A DNA stretch of 58,464 nt, the filler included, from Bipalium vagum (taxonomy: Eukaryota), in NCBI GenBank assembly GCA_037834085.1. It is 3 parts of 3 records of this genome, joined end to end, with 100 filler letters (N's around TTAATTAATTAA, not from the genome) between each part and the next. Parts side by side here need not be neighbours in the genome. Positions count along the whole stretch, not along the records: positions 1 to 23,484 come from JBBMKC010208598.1; positions 23,585 to 41,484 come from JBBMKC010047081.1; 1 more part is not named here. One strand, written 5' to 3'. Made by a program: the position numbers and the translations under genes. The notes beneath the pieces are model-generated. The model made no database searches. It saw only the letters and a program-made list of their open reading frames with translations, and had not been told where the DNA came from. This document shows positions 12,401 through 23,867 of the stretch, piece after piece. Each line of letters starts with the position of its first letter. Within the stretch, counting starts at the first letter, position 1.

Positions 12401-15400
12401 ACTAGATACACAATTACCTTAAAATATAGTAATAATAGTCAAATAAAACTTCCTATTCTCATTCCTGTTATAAATTCTTTTAATCCTCTTATTATCTCTT
12501 CAGATTCCGTATCTTATTTTATTGTTTTTCATTGATTTTCCTTCATCAAATATTGTTAAAAACAACAGTGAATGGAATAAATATGGTATTCTTGGAGCTT
12601 TATATGGTCGAAAGTTGTATCTTGGTTGACTTTCCGTATTTTCCTTTCTTTGTTTACTCTTGTCTTGTTGTTCTGGAAATGTGTTTATTACATCTACTGG
12701 TGTTATTGTCTCAAAGACTTTTGTCATCGACTTATACAGTCTGCATCGATTTGCATGAACCAAAATTGGTTCTTTATATGGTTTCTTTGAGTTTAATAGA
12801 ATTAGATTTGTATTTAACACTTTAACTTTATAAGGTCCTTTAAAGGTTCTAGTTAATTTTCCTGATTGTCCCTTTTAATTATTGGTGATTTCAGCATGAC
12901 TAGGTCTCCTTTTATTGTTACTCCTTTTGCTTATTTGTCGTACTGCTCCTTCATTATTTTCTGATTATATTTTATAGATAATCCTGCCTTTTTCCATATC
13001 TCTTGTAATCTTTCTCGCATTATTAATAAATAATTTTCTTCATCTGCATAATGTGAAGTTGTTGTATAAAATATCAGATCTACAGGCATGTTTGTATCTC
13101 TTAAATACATTAGATAAAATGGTGTATAGCCTGTTCCTTGATGTACAGCATTTCTATAAGCAAATAAGCATGATGCTATTTGTACATCCCAATCTATTTG
13201 AGATGAATTTACATAGGATGTTAACATTTTGGCTAAAGTATAATTGAATTTTTCTTCTAGTCTAAAAGTTTGTGGATAATATGGTGAAGTATTCAGTTTC
13301 ATGATTCAAAAATAATCATTTATACTTTTGATTAATTCACTCATAAATTCTGTCCCTTTATCAGTTAGCATTTTCTTAGGTACACCATATCGAAATACTA
13401 TTTGTTCTACAAATCTTTTAGCGATTGTACTAGCTATATGGTTTGGTATTGCTAATGTTTCTGGTTATTTAGTGAAATAGTCGCAAACTACCAGAATATA
13501 CATGTTTCCTTCTTTTTTCTCCGGAAATGGTCCTGTTATATTCATTGCTTTTGCTTCCATGGGTGCTAATTGTACAGGCATTGGTTTAATGGTAATTTTA
13601 TTTTGCTACCCGTATTTTTTCTGGTTTTACATATTTGACATGTTTCACACTATTTTCTGACATTCTGTATAATGCTAGGCCAATGATATTTCTGGTAGAT
13701 ACGTGATAATGTCTTCCTATTAGACAAATTTCCTCCTAATGTTCCATCTTGATATTGTAATAAAACTGATTTTCTAAGTTATCTTGGTATTATGTGAAAT
13801 GCATCTAAAAATTCTCTGTATCGCAATACTCCCTTTATTTCTTCATAATTTTCCACTGATTTATTCTTTTCTTTTAATTTTTCACGGATACTTATTAACT
13901 CTCCATCTGCACTTTGCATCAATCTAAATTGTTCTTGATCATTTAGACACCGAATTACTATAAACACATTTATTCCTGATTATACTGTATCTACTGCCGC
14001 AATTGGTGGTCTTGATATGTTTGGGTAGATACTGTAATGGATTATGATCTACTAGTACAATTATTTTTCTTTCCATATATATGTTCGAAATTTTGATACT
14101 GCATATACAATTGCTAAACATTCCAATTCAATTGTAGCATAATGTTTTTCATGGTTTTTCAATCCTCTACTAGCATATGCTACTACACAGTCTTCTCCTT
14201 CATCATTCTTTTACCCAAATACTGCTCACATGGTTACTCCACTAGCGCCTGTCATTAGGTAAAATATTTTATTTAAGTCTGTATATCTAAGAATAGGTGA
14301 AGATGTTTTAATATTTGAAATGCCTGTTCCTCTTTTTCTCCCCAGCAAAACCCTTTGTCCTTTCGTAATAAGCATTTAATTACGCTGCAATATGTGCAAA
14401 TGAGGCTGAAAATTTTCTATAATAATTGGATAATCCTAGAAAAACGTGTACCTGTTTTACATTTTTGAGGCTGCTGCTTCTCGTACTTTTTCTATTATTA
14501 TTGGATATCCTCTTTGCCGATATTACATGTCCCACATATCTGACAGAGTCTTTTCCCCATTCACATTTTGGTGGTTTAATTTTAAAACCACTTAATTTTA
14601 TTTTTTTCAGTACTTCTTCCATATCATTAAATGTTCCTCAAAATTTACTGAATACACTGTGATATCATCTATATATACCATGGTATGTTTTAAATCCATT
14701 AACATAATATTTATACTCCTTTGGAAAGTGGCTGGTGCACTTGTAAATCCAAATGGCATTTTGTTGAATTCAAATAACCCATTATCAGTAACAAAAAAGT
14801 TATAGGTTTCGATTCTTCTTCTGTTTCGATATTCATATATCCTTTTTGTAAATTTATTGTGACAAATATGTTAGCTTATCCTAATTTGTCAAAAATTTCT
14901 TCGATTAGTGGTAATGTAAAATTATCTTTAATTGTTACATCATAGATTTTTTCTGAAGTCAATGCATTCTTCATTCTCAATCTTTCTTTTTGACTAATAG
15001 CATCGGTGAACTGACTGACTAGCTCTTATTACTCCACTTTAAGCCAACCTTTAACTTGCCTATCTACTTCTTCTGTAAGTACTTATGATATTCTATATGG
15101 ACGTTGCTTAATGAGTGTTAGATTTGTTAGTGGCATGTTATGTTTTAATACTGTTGATGTACCCAAGTCTTACTCATGTTTGGTAAATGCTTCTTTATAC
15201 TTTCCTAATAAATTGGTAAATCTGATTTGTTGCTTTCTGATCAGACTTGGCGTATTTATTAATACTGGCTCGTATTCTTTTCTATTGGCAACAACGAGCC
15301 ACATTTGTATGGGAATATCCACGTATTTTCTGGTGGTCGACCGACGATTACCCTCTAACAATTGTTGAAGAACTTCATCATCAGTGATTGCATCGCGACC

Positions 15401-17113
15401 TGGATGTGGTTCATCTTGAAGTGAGAAATCACCAGCTTCGAATTTCTTGAAAAAATTGTAGGTCTGTTTATTGACTGTATTTTTACCAAACGCGTAGCAA
15501 ATTTGATCATTAGCCTTGGTTGTATTTTGAATAATTTTGAAGAGTTAAAGCAACAACACGCGGATATTTTCTTTTGATAGATTGTTGTTGTCAGTCAGTT
15601 ATGAATGAATGATGAAACTATTGATGAATATTATTGATTGTTTAAGTAGGTCACTAGATACAATTTATATAACTATATATCACATATATTAATAATAAAA
15701 AAAATTATTGTTTTTTCAAGCTTTTTTCAAAAATATTCGAATTGTTTAAATTTCACGGTTTCAATCTGATACATACACACATACATAAATAATGATTTTA
15801 AAATAAAAAATTCCCATGGTATTGATAAACCACTTATCAGAGTTAAATTAAAATATGTATAGAATAATGATTAACATAAATTATTATTTATTGTTGAAAA
15901 TATAATTTTACATAGTTCCACAAAGTAAGAGATAATCATTTTTCTCAGATCCCAGGAAAACAAGTAATTATTGTATTTTTTAATAAACGAAAAATTTTTA
16001 TTTTATAAAATTAAAAATCCTGAATATTTTTATAATTTTAACAGATCTAATTTGTAAACGAAATAATATAATAGTAAAAGTGGACATTATAGCTTATGTG
16101 ATTCATTAAAAGAAACTAAAATATATTGAGAAATTAATCAATTTCGGTATTGTTCTTAGGTCTTAACGTGAAATGAAAGCTCAGAAATTTTCCATTATTT
16201 TTCCAACACCAATCACTAGTACAATTTAAACAAGAGATTAAAAAAAAGAATTGTAAAATCAGCTTAGTTAGGAAAACAATTGATTTAAAATTGGATATTG
16301 GTCATTTAAAATCAATTTTTTTCTGATATAAATAGAAAGAAATAAGATTTTCTGATCGTGCACATTTAATCTTATATACAACAGATTTTAGTAATTAATA
16401 AATATGTTCTCAAAACATAAGATCAAATTATTGTGAAAAATTTTGAAATTATTATATAATAGTTAATATTTTTGGAAAAATCGATATAATAAATATCTGA
16501 TTTTTATGTAAGCATACTTAGTTTTTATAAGTTAATAAATTACTTTTATATAAAAAATATCTCATATAAATTAAAGGTTTTATACAAAAACACTAATATA
16601 ATATAATAAAATAATATAAAATAAAATATTAAATAAAAGTATAAATTATGCATTTGGTTAAAGTCAGAGTAAATTTAATAAATTCTACAATATTTTAATA
16701 AATAACAATTATAGTTACTTGGCCCAAATTCTGGATAGCTCTATCGATGATTTTTTTTACATCATTTGAAAAATTTGTGTTCTTAGTACGCCACTTGTTG
16801 ATATTTCGGGTCTGTTGAGTCAATTCGATTAAAATAGAATTTAATTTATTTAATCGATTGAAACGAGTTCTTTGGGCAAGGGTTGGCTTAGGATTATCTA
16901 GATCAAGCTACAAATATCATAATTTCATCCAGAAATTTGTTTCAATACCTGTTTTTGCATTGGAGCCAGATAATGTCTAGTGATTAACCTTGATACATCA
17001 TTTAATTGGATACATATTTTTTCAAGAGGATCTATTAATTCTTCTCCAGGATTGTTGACCAAAATTGCTGGTTTTTGAACTTTGTTTTCGTCGACTTTAA
17101 TTGATTTTGCCAT
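6412..17113 (-). CDS. Uncharacterised helical/coiled-coil protein, spliced; 3' end uncertain or damaged
   Basis: Exon 1 is 16949-17113 (ATG, 55 aa), followed by a 41-nt GT-AG intron. Exon 2 is 16719-16907 (63 aa, open). After a ~9.8-kb GT-AG intron, exon 3 starts at 6932 (VTTQLNKTWMS...) and reaches a stop at 6624. All junctions are phase 0. A further coding-like segment lies at 6412-6596. Confidence 0.65.
7350..8250 (+). mobile_element. Decayed pogo/Tigger-like transposase fragment
   Basis: CENP-B-type HTH remnant (DELLQHKAAQF...WLSKFK) and DDE_1 remnant (LFMDNCPIHN...FLPKNSPGILQYINCGIIKNFK). Confidence 0.75.
8590..9100 (-). pseudogene. DEDDh 3'-5' exonuclease-like domain (ISG20/REX4-like) in the retroelement cargo
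   Basis: ILSATLMDLQGMILLNTIVAPRK(fs)RVLTINVLQTGITEDQ*EHGKDEFHFKYYLRTLMHDKVIAGYNI...RELST...FRLGFIAKNL aligns by eye with ISG20 LARCSLV..HGAVLYDKFIRPEGEITDYRTRVSGVT...LLKGKLVVGHDL...YDTS...VSLRVLSERL. Confidence 0.65.
9860..10820 (-). pseudogene. Env-like type I membrane protein remnant in the retroelement cargo
   Basis: Signal-peptide-like MSFFSILIFLTIIDKGQG, then a Cys-containing segment, a helical stretch (EQTRENEELLKILEISMKDLRGK), a transmembrane segment LKILIIILIIIGIMIIIILIVKI and a basic ANKRQ. Confidence 0.5.
11030..11670 (-). pseudogene. Ankyrin repeat region (~5 repeats) in the retroelement cargo
   Basis: KDKYGDTPFNNAI, KENMYGHTAIMLVT, ENRDKVGKSAIDHAIEW, NQEAALHIAAG...IIKMLLTRAD, KANHETAI. 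Confidence 0.8.
12010..12310 (-). pseudogene. Retropepsin-like aspartic protease located downstream of integrase
   Basis: RPVITLTINDRLQVTLIDTGTQFTVF...IIIEGIHKGRMELIGTLEMQLILQGQNIRHDVKIVE...LDFL, i.e. DTG motif, flap-like segment and a degenerate LGxDFL. Confidence 0.78.
15295..15660 (-). mobile_element. mariner transposase N-terminal (HTH) fragment
   Basis: ENIRVLLL...ICYAFGKNTVNKQ...FKKFEAGDFSLQDEPHPGR...LQQLLEGNRRSTTR. Confidence 0.85.
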
Positions 17114-17385
17114 TCAGTAATGTATTTTACAATAAATCGATTTACACATTTGTTCCCTGTATTTATAGAATTTCATATGCTTAATGAATAGAATTGTGTG
17201 CATGTAAACAAAAAAATGTGTGCAAAAGTAAAATTCGAAGCTTAATACGTTCTAAATTTCTTAAACAAAAAATTTAATCCTTATATTACTTAAATTACTT
17301 ATGATTTAAAATTCAGATTATATTAACAAATTATCATTGTTGTTTAATCGTATTATTTATTTAAATACAATGCAAATATTTAAAT
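17114..17385. promoter_or_regulatory. Putative bidirectional promoter
   Basis: 272 bp between two divergent ATGs (17113 on -, 17386 on +). Contains GTGTGCA twice and a forkhead-type TGTAAACA at 17203-17210. Confidence 0.45.
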
Positions 17386-18622
17386 ATGTTTAAGATACGA
17401 AAAGATGAGTTGGAAAAAATTAAAAGACGACGTAAAAGAAAATGCAAATTGTCTAATGATTTAGCAGCATTACGATCATACAATGCTTTCAACAAGCATA
17501 TCCAGGCAACAAAATCGAAAATTGAAAACAGTCGCTTTCAAAATGGTCTGGTTGATGATGGCCGAAAACTGACATTGGGAATTTTTGATAATGCTTTATG
17601 CTCCAAAGTATTGAGCTTGACAAATGTTATTTGATATTCAGATAATTTCAGAACATGGAAAAAAACCTGAAATACAGACACAAAGATCGAAACATATCTC
17701 CAAAAACCATTCACAAACGTGCACTTAAGAACAAAGAAAATGATGTTACAATCAACATTGAACAAGTCCTACAGGATATGACCGAAGACTGTCGTCAGAG
17801 ATTGTGGATCACTGATTTGGACGGCGGAAGCAACCAGACTGATTTGTATCGATATAAGTTAAGACTGGCCAAATTGGAATCGAAGCAGAACAGTCGACTC
17901 TGTATTTTGGAAAACATTGAGGTAGAAGCAATTGAGGATAAGTTGAGCATATAAATATATTACTGATCTAGACTCAAAGAGCCAATGACGACCGTCTCCG
18001 ATTCGAAAGAGCGCCACATTCTTTTTTAGAAAAGTTCAAAGAATATGAGATCAATAATAATATGAATGATAAAATCAATAATCATAAAATCATTAATATA
18101 ACCGATAATAATAAAATCAATAATTCAGTCGATCATCATAAAATCAATAATTCAGTCGATCATCATAAAATCAATAATTCAATCGATCATCATAAAATCA
18201 ATAATTCAATCGATCATCATAAAGTCAATAATTTAATCGATCATCATAAAATCAATAATTTAATCGATAATCATAAAATAAATAAAACCCACAACTCAAT
18301 TGATAATCATAAAACAAATAATATAAGCAATATTGATAATAATATTGATTTATCAGATAAATTGATCCATAAATATCCAGTTCTGTCATCCTCAACTTCG
18401 ATTTTCAATTCTCGTATCAACTGTCGTCCTACTGTTTCGCAAACCCGAATCAAAGTGCCCATCACACCTCTGACAAACTCCAAAGTCACCCATCCTTTAT
18501 GGGACACACCTGAAGAATTACGCACTTCATTTCCGAATGTGTTCTCACACCGGTCCATTCTTGATAGGTCCTTGAACGAAGCTTTCCGGTGTGAGGACAG
18601 CAGGAAAATTTGGCTTGACTGA
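17386..18622 (+). CDS. Uncharacterised ~380-aa protein with a basic NLS-like N-terminus and Asn/His-rich 9-aa repeats
   Basis: Exons 17386-17607, 17652-17921 and 17972-18622 are joined by 44-nt and 50-nt GT-AG introns. This merges three ORF-track ORFs into one open frame. KRRRKRK lies near the N-terminus. Confidence 0.75.
18070..18320 (+). repeat. 27-bp coding minisatellite (KINNSxDHH), about 6 good copies plus degenerate flanks
   Basis: Unit ATAAAATCAATAATTCAGTCGATCATC repeated in tandem with variants. Confidence 0.92.
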
Positions 18623-19957
18623 GGAATATGAGAATTTTCTTTTGTCTTGTGATTGAATAACTGCAAAATTTCTCTCGAAAAGTGGCTTGATAAATTATCA
18701 ACCTTAAATATTTTGGTTTGCATTGTAATCGATAGTAACATATTTTTGATTGTAACCAATGGATGGGATATTGGTAGCTTTTCCCCAGTTTCATTGTGTA
18801 ATTTCCTGAGTTTTTATATTTTGTTTTGGGTTTATCGGACAACTTTTGAGATTGTTACTATTTTTGGAAAAAAAGAAGTTAAATATTAATAAAAATATAA
18901 AATCGATTTTGTGTTTGGAAAAATGAGAAAGGAAAATAGTTTTGGAAAAATTTTAAATGTGACTGACGTCTTTATTTTGAGTCACACAAAAGATTTCTCA
19001 CTTCTTTGATACTAAGCGAATTCGATAATGACTGGGACAAATAAAATATATTTTCCATTTAGAAATATAATTATTTATTCATTAGGAGACACTTCAGTTT
19101 TTGAAAAAAATTAATTATATTATTTTAAATATTATTAAATATTTTTAATATGTAAATATTATATTATTATTATTATTAATTATTAAATATTATTTTTAAA
19201 AAATGGAATAAGAAGCAATAATATAACTTCATAAGTTTCATTTTGGACTGTAAATGGTATAGTAATAATCTAGTTTTGTTGTAATGAGGTTACAAAACAA
19301 TTAGATATTTAAAGAATTTATTTGTGCTCTCTATTTAATTTTGTAGGTTTAAACTGCTGTTAATAATCAAAAATTAATTTGAATTTAAAATAAATTTAAA
19401 TTAAATTCACAATTAAAATAATTTAAGAATTATTAAATGAAACTAAAAAGTTGAATAATTAAAAATTTAATGAAATAAATGTAAATTTTATTAAAACTAA
19501 CAACTGAAAAAAATTTAACTAAACACGGAAGTTTGACATTTTTTTATTACTAACAGCAAATGATATATAATTATTGAAAATCAATTTTAGTTTTTGATAT
19601 TGAAGTAGAAGATATAAGGGCAGATGAAAATATAGCCTTACATAATAATTTCTTTCTATATTTATTTTCAAATACAATTTTAAAATTAGATTCAACGTAA
19701 ACCAAAACAATACAAACCTATGACTTTCAAATTCTATGACAAATCTTTTATTATTTGATTATGAAAATAATGGTTAAATTTTTGGGTGATTTTCTAATAC
19801 TTTAAAAAATGAAAAAATACTTTGGTTGAAAAAAAGTAAAAAATTAAATTCTCAAAAAAATTATTAGGTGAATTTCCACTAACAATAACTTTTGGATTTT
19901 TACAATTTTATAAAAAATAATTTATAATATTCAGGGAGAATTGATATTTACAAAAAA

Positions 19958-21179
19958 TATTATATGTATTAGTATAATTCCGGATTTTTTTTCAATTAAA
20001 AAGAAAATTTTTATTTAATAATGTTTAATCAAAATATTTTCCATTTACAGATATGACATTGGACCATCTTTTAGTCAGCGAATGGATCCCACGAAAAGAA
20101 ATTCTGAATCTGAAGAAATTTAGCTATCAATCCATTTTTGAAGGTCTTCATTCGAACTAAACCGCTTCCCAAAAAGCGCAGATTGCATTGAGCGGAACAA
20201 ATGAAAATCCGAAGCAGCAATATCTCGTAAATATGAGGGGTAAAAAAAAGTAAAAAGTTACAGGGGTAAAACTACCCAGTCTGCACCTGGGATTATCGTA
20301 TAGTAAATTGTCATATCATGTCTGTCCACAAATTCTGACCTCTTCTCATTCAGACCTAGCTTCAAATGAATTAATTGGGATTGATAAAGTGTAGCAGTCA
20401 CCGTTTCTGATGGTTTCAGCATTTCATGTAAATCATGCCTTTTTGATCTCAAGTGATGCACAGCATCACTTTAGACCCATGGATATTTTGTTTGAGAGTT
20501 GATGTATTCGGTTCAACAGGCTTCACTCATGATGCTTTGTGTTTTGGGTTGTCATATCGAATCAATATCTCGTCCTATGCAAGAAACCTTTTCTTTGTTG
20601 CCTCTGAAGATAGATGTAAAAAATTGGAAGTCGCCTTTCAATATCTCTTTCCGTCAATCTATATGAGACCAATTTCTTTAATTTTCTAATCATTGCCACA
20701 CTTCTCAGATATTATGAAATGAATCCTTTCTCACATTCAACACAATGGGCAGCTCAGTTTATGTTTGATATGGGTCTTCGTGTAGTAATTGTGCCAATTC
20801 TTTATCTTCAAGCACTTTTTGTGGTCTACAATGCTCCATGATATCGTAATCTTCATTTCTGAATCGGCAAAACCATTCTTTGAATGTCGTCGTGGAAGGA
20901 GTATATTTGTAGTAAACTTCTTCCAAAAAACTGTGTTTCTGTACAGGTTTTCTTTCCAAAAAAGTAATGCAACATTACTTCCCACAAATGAAGTTTATTT
21001 GGAACAACATTGGGTAATTTGAATATCTGTATTATTTAAACAAGTTATTTAATGCTTTTATTGAATTATTAATATATTATCTTACAAAAATATTATATGA
21101 TACCAATTTAATCTATTCATTGAATCATAATTCTTAATTCATTTTTGTAAAAACCGGAATCATACTAATACACCTAATA
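19958..21179 (-). mobile_element. Near full-length decayed mariner
   Basis: Imperfect TIRs (TGTATTAGTAT[A/G]ATTCCGG) with TA ends. HTH remnant WFCRFRNEDYD...LLHEDPYQT and catalytic remnant EMLKPSETVTATLYQSQL. Confidence 0.88.
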
Positions 21180-22065
21180 GATCAATATAGTAAATATTGG
21201 GTTAATCCATAAGTTCGAGCGTTTTTTCTATAGAAACTTTAAGTGAGTAGAAAAAAGGTATGGGAAACAAGTCTTGAACCAATTGAAACGAAAAAACCAA
21301 ATCTAACAGAAGACAATATTAGAATCGATTAAAACTGACTTTGATTTAATTTATTATCGATCGACAGATTATTGTTATTTAATATATATATTCATTTATT
21401 TTTATAAAACTCGTGTCAAACCTACTATTATCGATTTATATAATTGGAGTAAGATAAGAGAGAGCAAAAAATTTGGTTAATCTTTTACTGAATCCAAGCC
21501 GAACATACACAATTATGCATTGCAGTAAAACGGGTTAGAACAAAATTAATTATTATTATAAAATATACTTAAAATAAATACATATTACAAGTGCCAATAA
21601 ATCTCAGTACTAAGTTATATAAATTTTTATTATTATTTATTTCGAACAGATTTTATAAGTTAAAGGTTCTATAAATTTTGAGTTTTATTATTCACAAATC
21701 AATGGGATAATTATAACCATATAAATTCAAGTAATCATATAAAGCACTAATTAATCGATATTTGGGTGAATTAATTCTTAACGATTGATTTTAATATTAC
21801 AAAATTTTATTAATAAAAAGAAAACCGCATAATTTTATTTAAATTTACGAAGTCATCAAATATTTTAAATACATAAACCAGCCAATAATAAAATACTTAT
21901 TATTAATATAATTACATTAATTTCGTCTTTGTTTAAATAAAGTAAAATTTTCTTCCAAGGCTAAAAATATGCGTTTGAAATGACTTTAATTTTATTCGTC
22001 GGAAGCTTCGTTAAGTGAAAGTCGCAGTGAATATCTTTGTGAAATTATTATTTTAGAGGCACTAG

Positions 22066-22611
22066 ATGCAGTTCATTCTATTGTTCAGTCGTCAGGGCAA
22101 GCTTCGATTGCAAAAGTGGTACACACCTTATTCCGATAAGATGAAAAAGAAGATAGCCCGTGACTTAATCACTCAAATTCTTGCTAGAAAACCAAAAATG
22201 TGTTCCTTTTTAGAATGGAAAGACATGAAAATTGTATTTAAAAGGTTTGCCACAATTATTTTTGTTTTCCTTTTCCCTAATTTAATTGATTGTTTTTCTC
22301 TTAGGTACGCAAGCCTCTATTTCTGTTGTGCCATTGACCAAACCGAAAACGAATTGATAACGCTGGAAGTGATCCATAGATACGTTGAGATGCTGGACAA
22401 ATATTTTGGCAGTGTTGGTCTTACAATAACGACGAAGATCATTTCTATTTATTATACATATAATTTCACCCAGGTTTGCGAACTGGACATCATTTTCAAT
22501 TTCGAGAAGGCCTACTTCATCTTGGACGAATTCTTGGTCGGTGGCCAAGTCCAGGAAACCAACAAAAAGATGGTTCTCAAGGCAATATCAGCTCAAGACA
22601 TGATTCAGGAC
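22066..22611 (+). CDS. AP1S2: AP-1 complex sigma subunit (last short exon not found before the gap)
   Basis: Exons 22066-22244, 22305-22413 and 22474-22611 give [19 protein letters not shown]...[12 protein letters not shown]...[27 protein letters not shown], then a GTGAGT donor. Confidence 0.95.
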
Positions 22612-23484
22612 GTGAGTACTAAATATATCTGAAATGTAAATAAATAAATAATTTTATTATCATTATTATATTACTAAAAAAAACGAGTAAACAATTCTCT
22701 CAAATCCAAATCTCACCTGCCAAACTGAAATGAAATTGGAACAAGCTTTATTAATCAAATAGTCGATTTGTTGCTGTCATAGGGGGAGCGCTAAAACTTT
22801 TCCTTGGATATTCAAATATTCTTTTTCTGTTGACACGACAACTGTGGGAGTTATTGACAAAGATAACTTTTTAAACATGGAACAACGGGATATTAATATT
22901 AATAATATTATTAATTTTATTGATTGTTACTTATTATTATTGTTTTATTAATTTATTTTTCTACTACTATTGAATATTGATTATTATTAGTATTATTATG
23001 GTTATCATTATTACTATGTTAACTTTACTGAATTTGCTGTCTTCTGATAAAGATGAATGAACTTTGAGCATGTTGAATAACGTTTTTGGATAGCAAATGG
23101 TTTCGTTGTAGTTTAATTTATGTCTGACGAGAATATTTTTTGATCATTCTGTGTCAACTGTACCACGTAATTGATCTTTTACTAGAACGATTTTTGAGAA
23201 CTTTGGAAAGTCTTAAAAATGAGAAGAGAATTTGATTTTATACACAAATTATAGAGTCAAGTTTTTAAGTGTTGTCAATTCAAGATATCATGTCAATTGA
23301 GATCTCTAATTGAATTTCAGTACAATACTAAGCTGAGAAATTTTGATCCAAAATTGATAAATATATTATTCGAACTCTTCTTTCATTCAAAATAATCATG
23401 ATAAGTATATTGTTTATAAAATAATAATAATAATAATAATAATAATTATTATTATTATAATTATAATTTTTATTATTATTATTA

Positions 23485-23584
23485 NNNNNNNNNNNNNNNN
23501 NNNNNNNNNNNNNNNNNNNNNNNNNNNNTTAATTAATTAANNNNNNNNNNNNNNNNNNNNNNNNNNNNNNNNNNNNNNNNNNNN
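23485..23584. other. Artificial contig linker/gap
   Basis: N44-TTAATTAATTAA-N44 (stop codons in all six frames). Confidence 0.98.
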
Positions 23585-23867
23585 TAAATAGACAGCACAC
23601 AAGTTTTAACGAGAAATATACAAACCGTAAATTATAACTAACCTTTATTTGATAAGAAAAAGTTATTAGGTAACAAAGATATGTGACTAAGAAAATGATG
23701 TCATTAAGTGTCTAAAGACTTATGGGACACCCTAATACAATAAACATAAAAATGTTAAAAATAGTAATTATATCAAAATTCAAATACTAAAACAAAAAAT
23801 TAATATAAATGAAATTCAGAGTTCGAAAATTAATGAATAAAACAATAAAAAAATAAATTTGATTATT

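Larger units (their letters stand above)
8400..15295 (-). mobile_element. Decayed Ty3/Gypsy retroelement (RT-RNaseH-IN) with ~4 kb of extra downstream coding cargo; gag/PR end and LTRs missing
   Basis: RT: IKQRPYRI, GLFEFNKMPFGFTSAPATFQR, MVYIDDITVYS (~14670), FLGLSNYYRKF. RNase H: YASRGL, VDHNPLQYL. Integrase: GPFPEKKEGNMYILVVCDYFTK, FRYGVPKKMLTDKGTEF, FAYRNAVHQGTGYTPFYLMY, GPYKV. Many stops and frameshifts. Confidence 0.93.

Noticed and set aside
18070-18320. Regular 27-bp repeats as a possible CRISPR array
   Set aside because: Head-to-tail units with no unique spacers, in frame within a eukaryotic exon.
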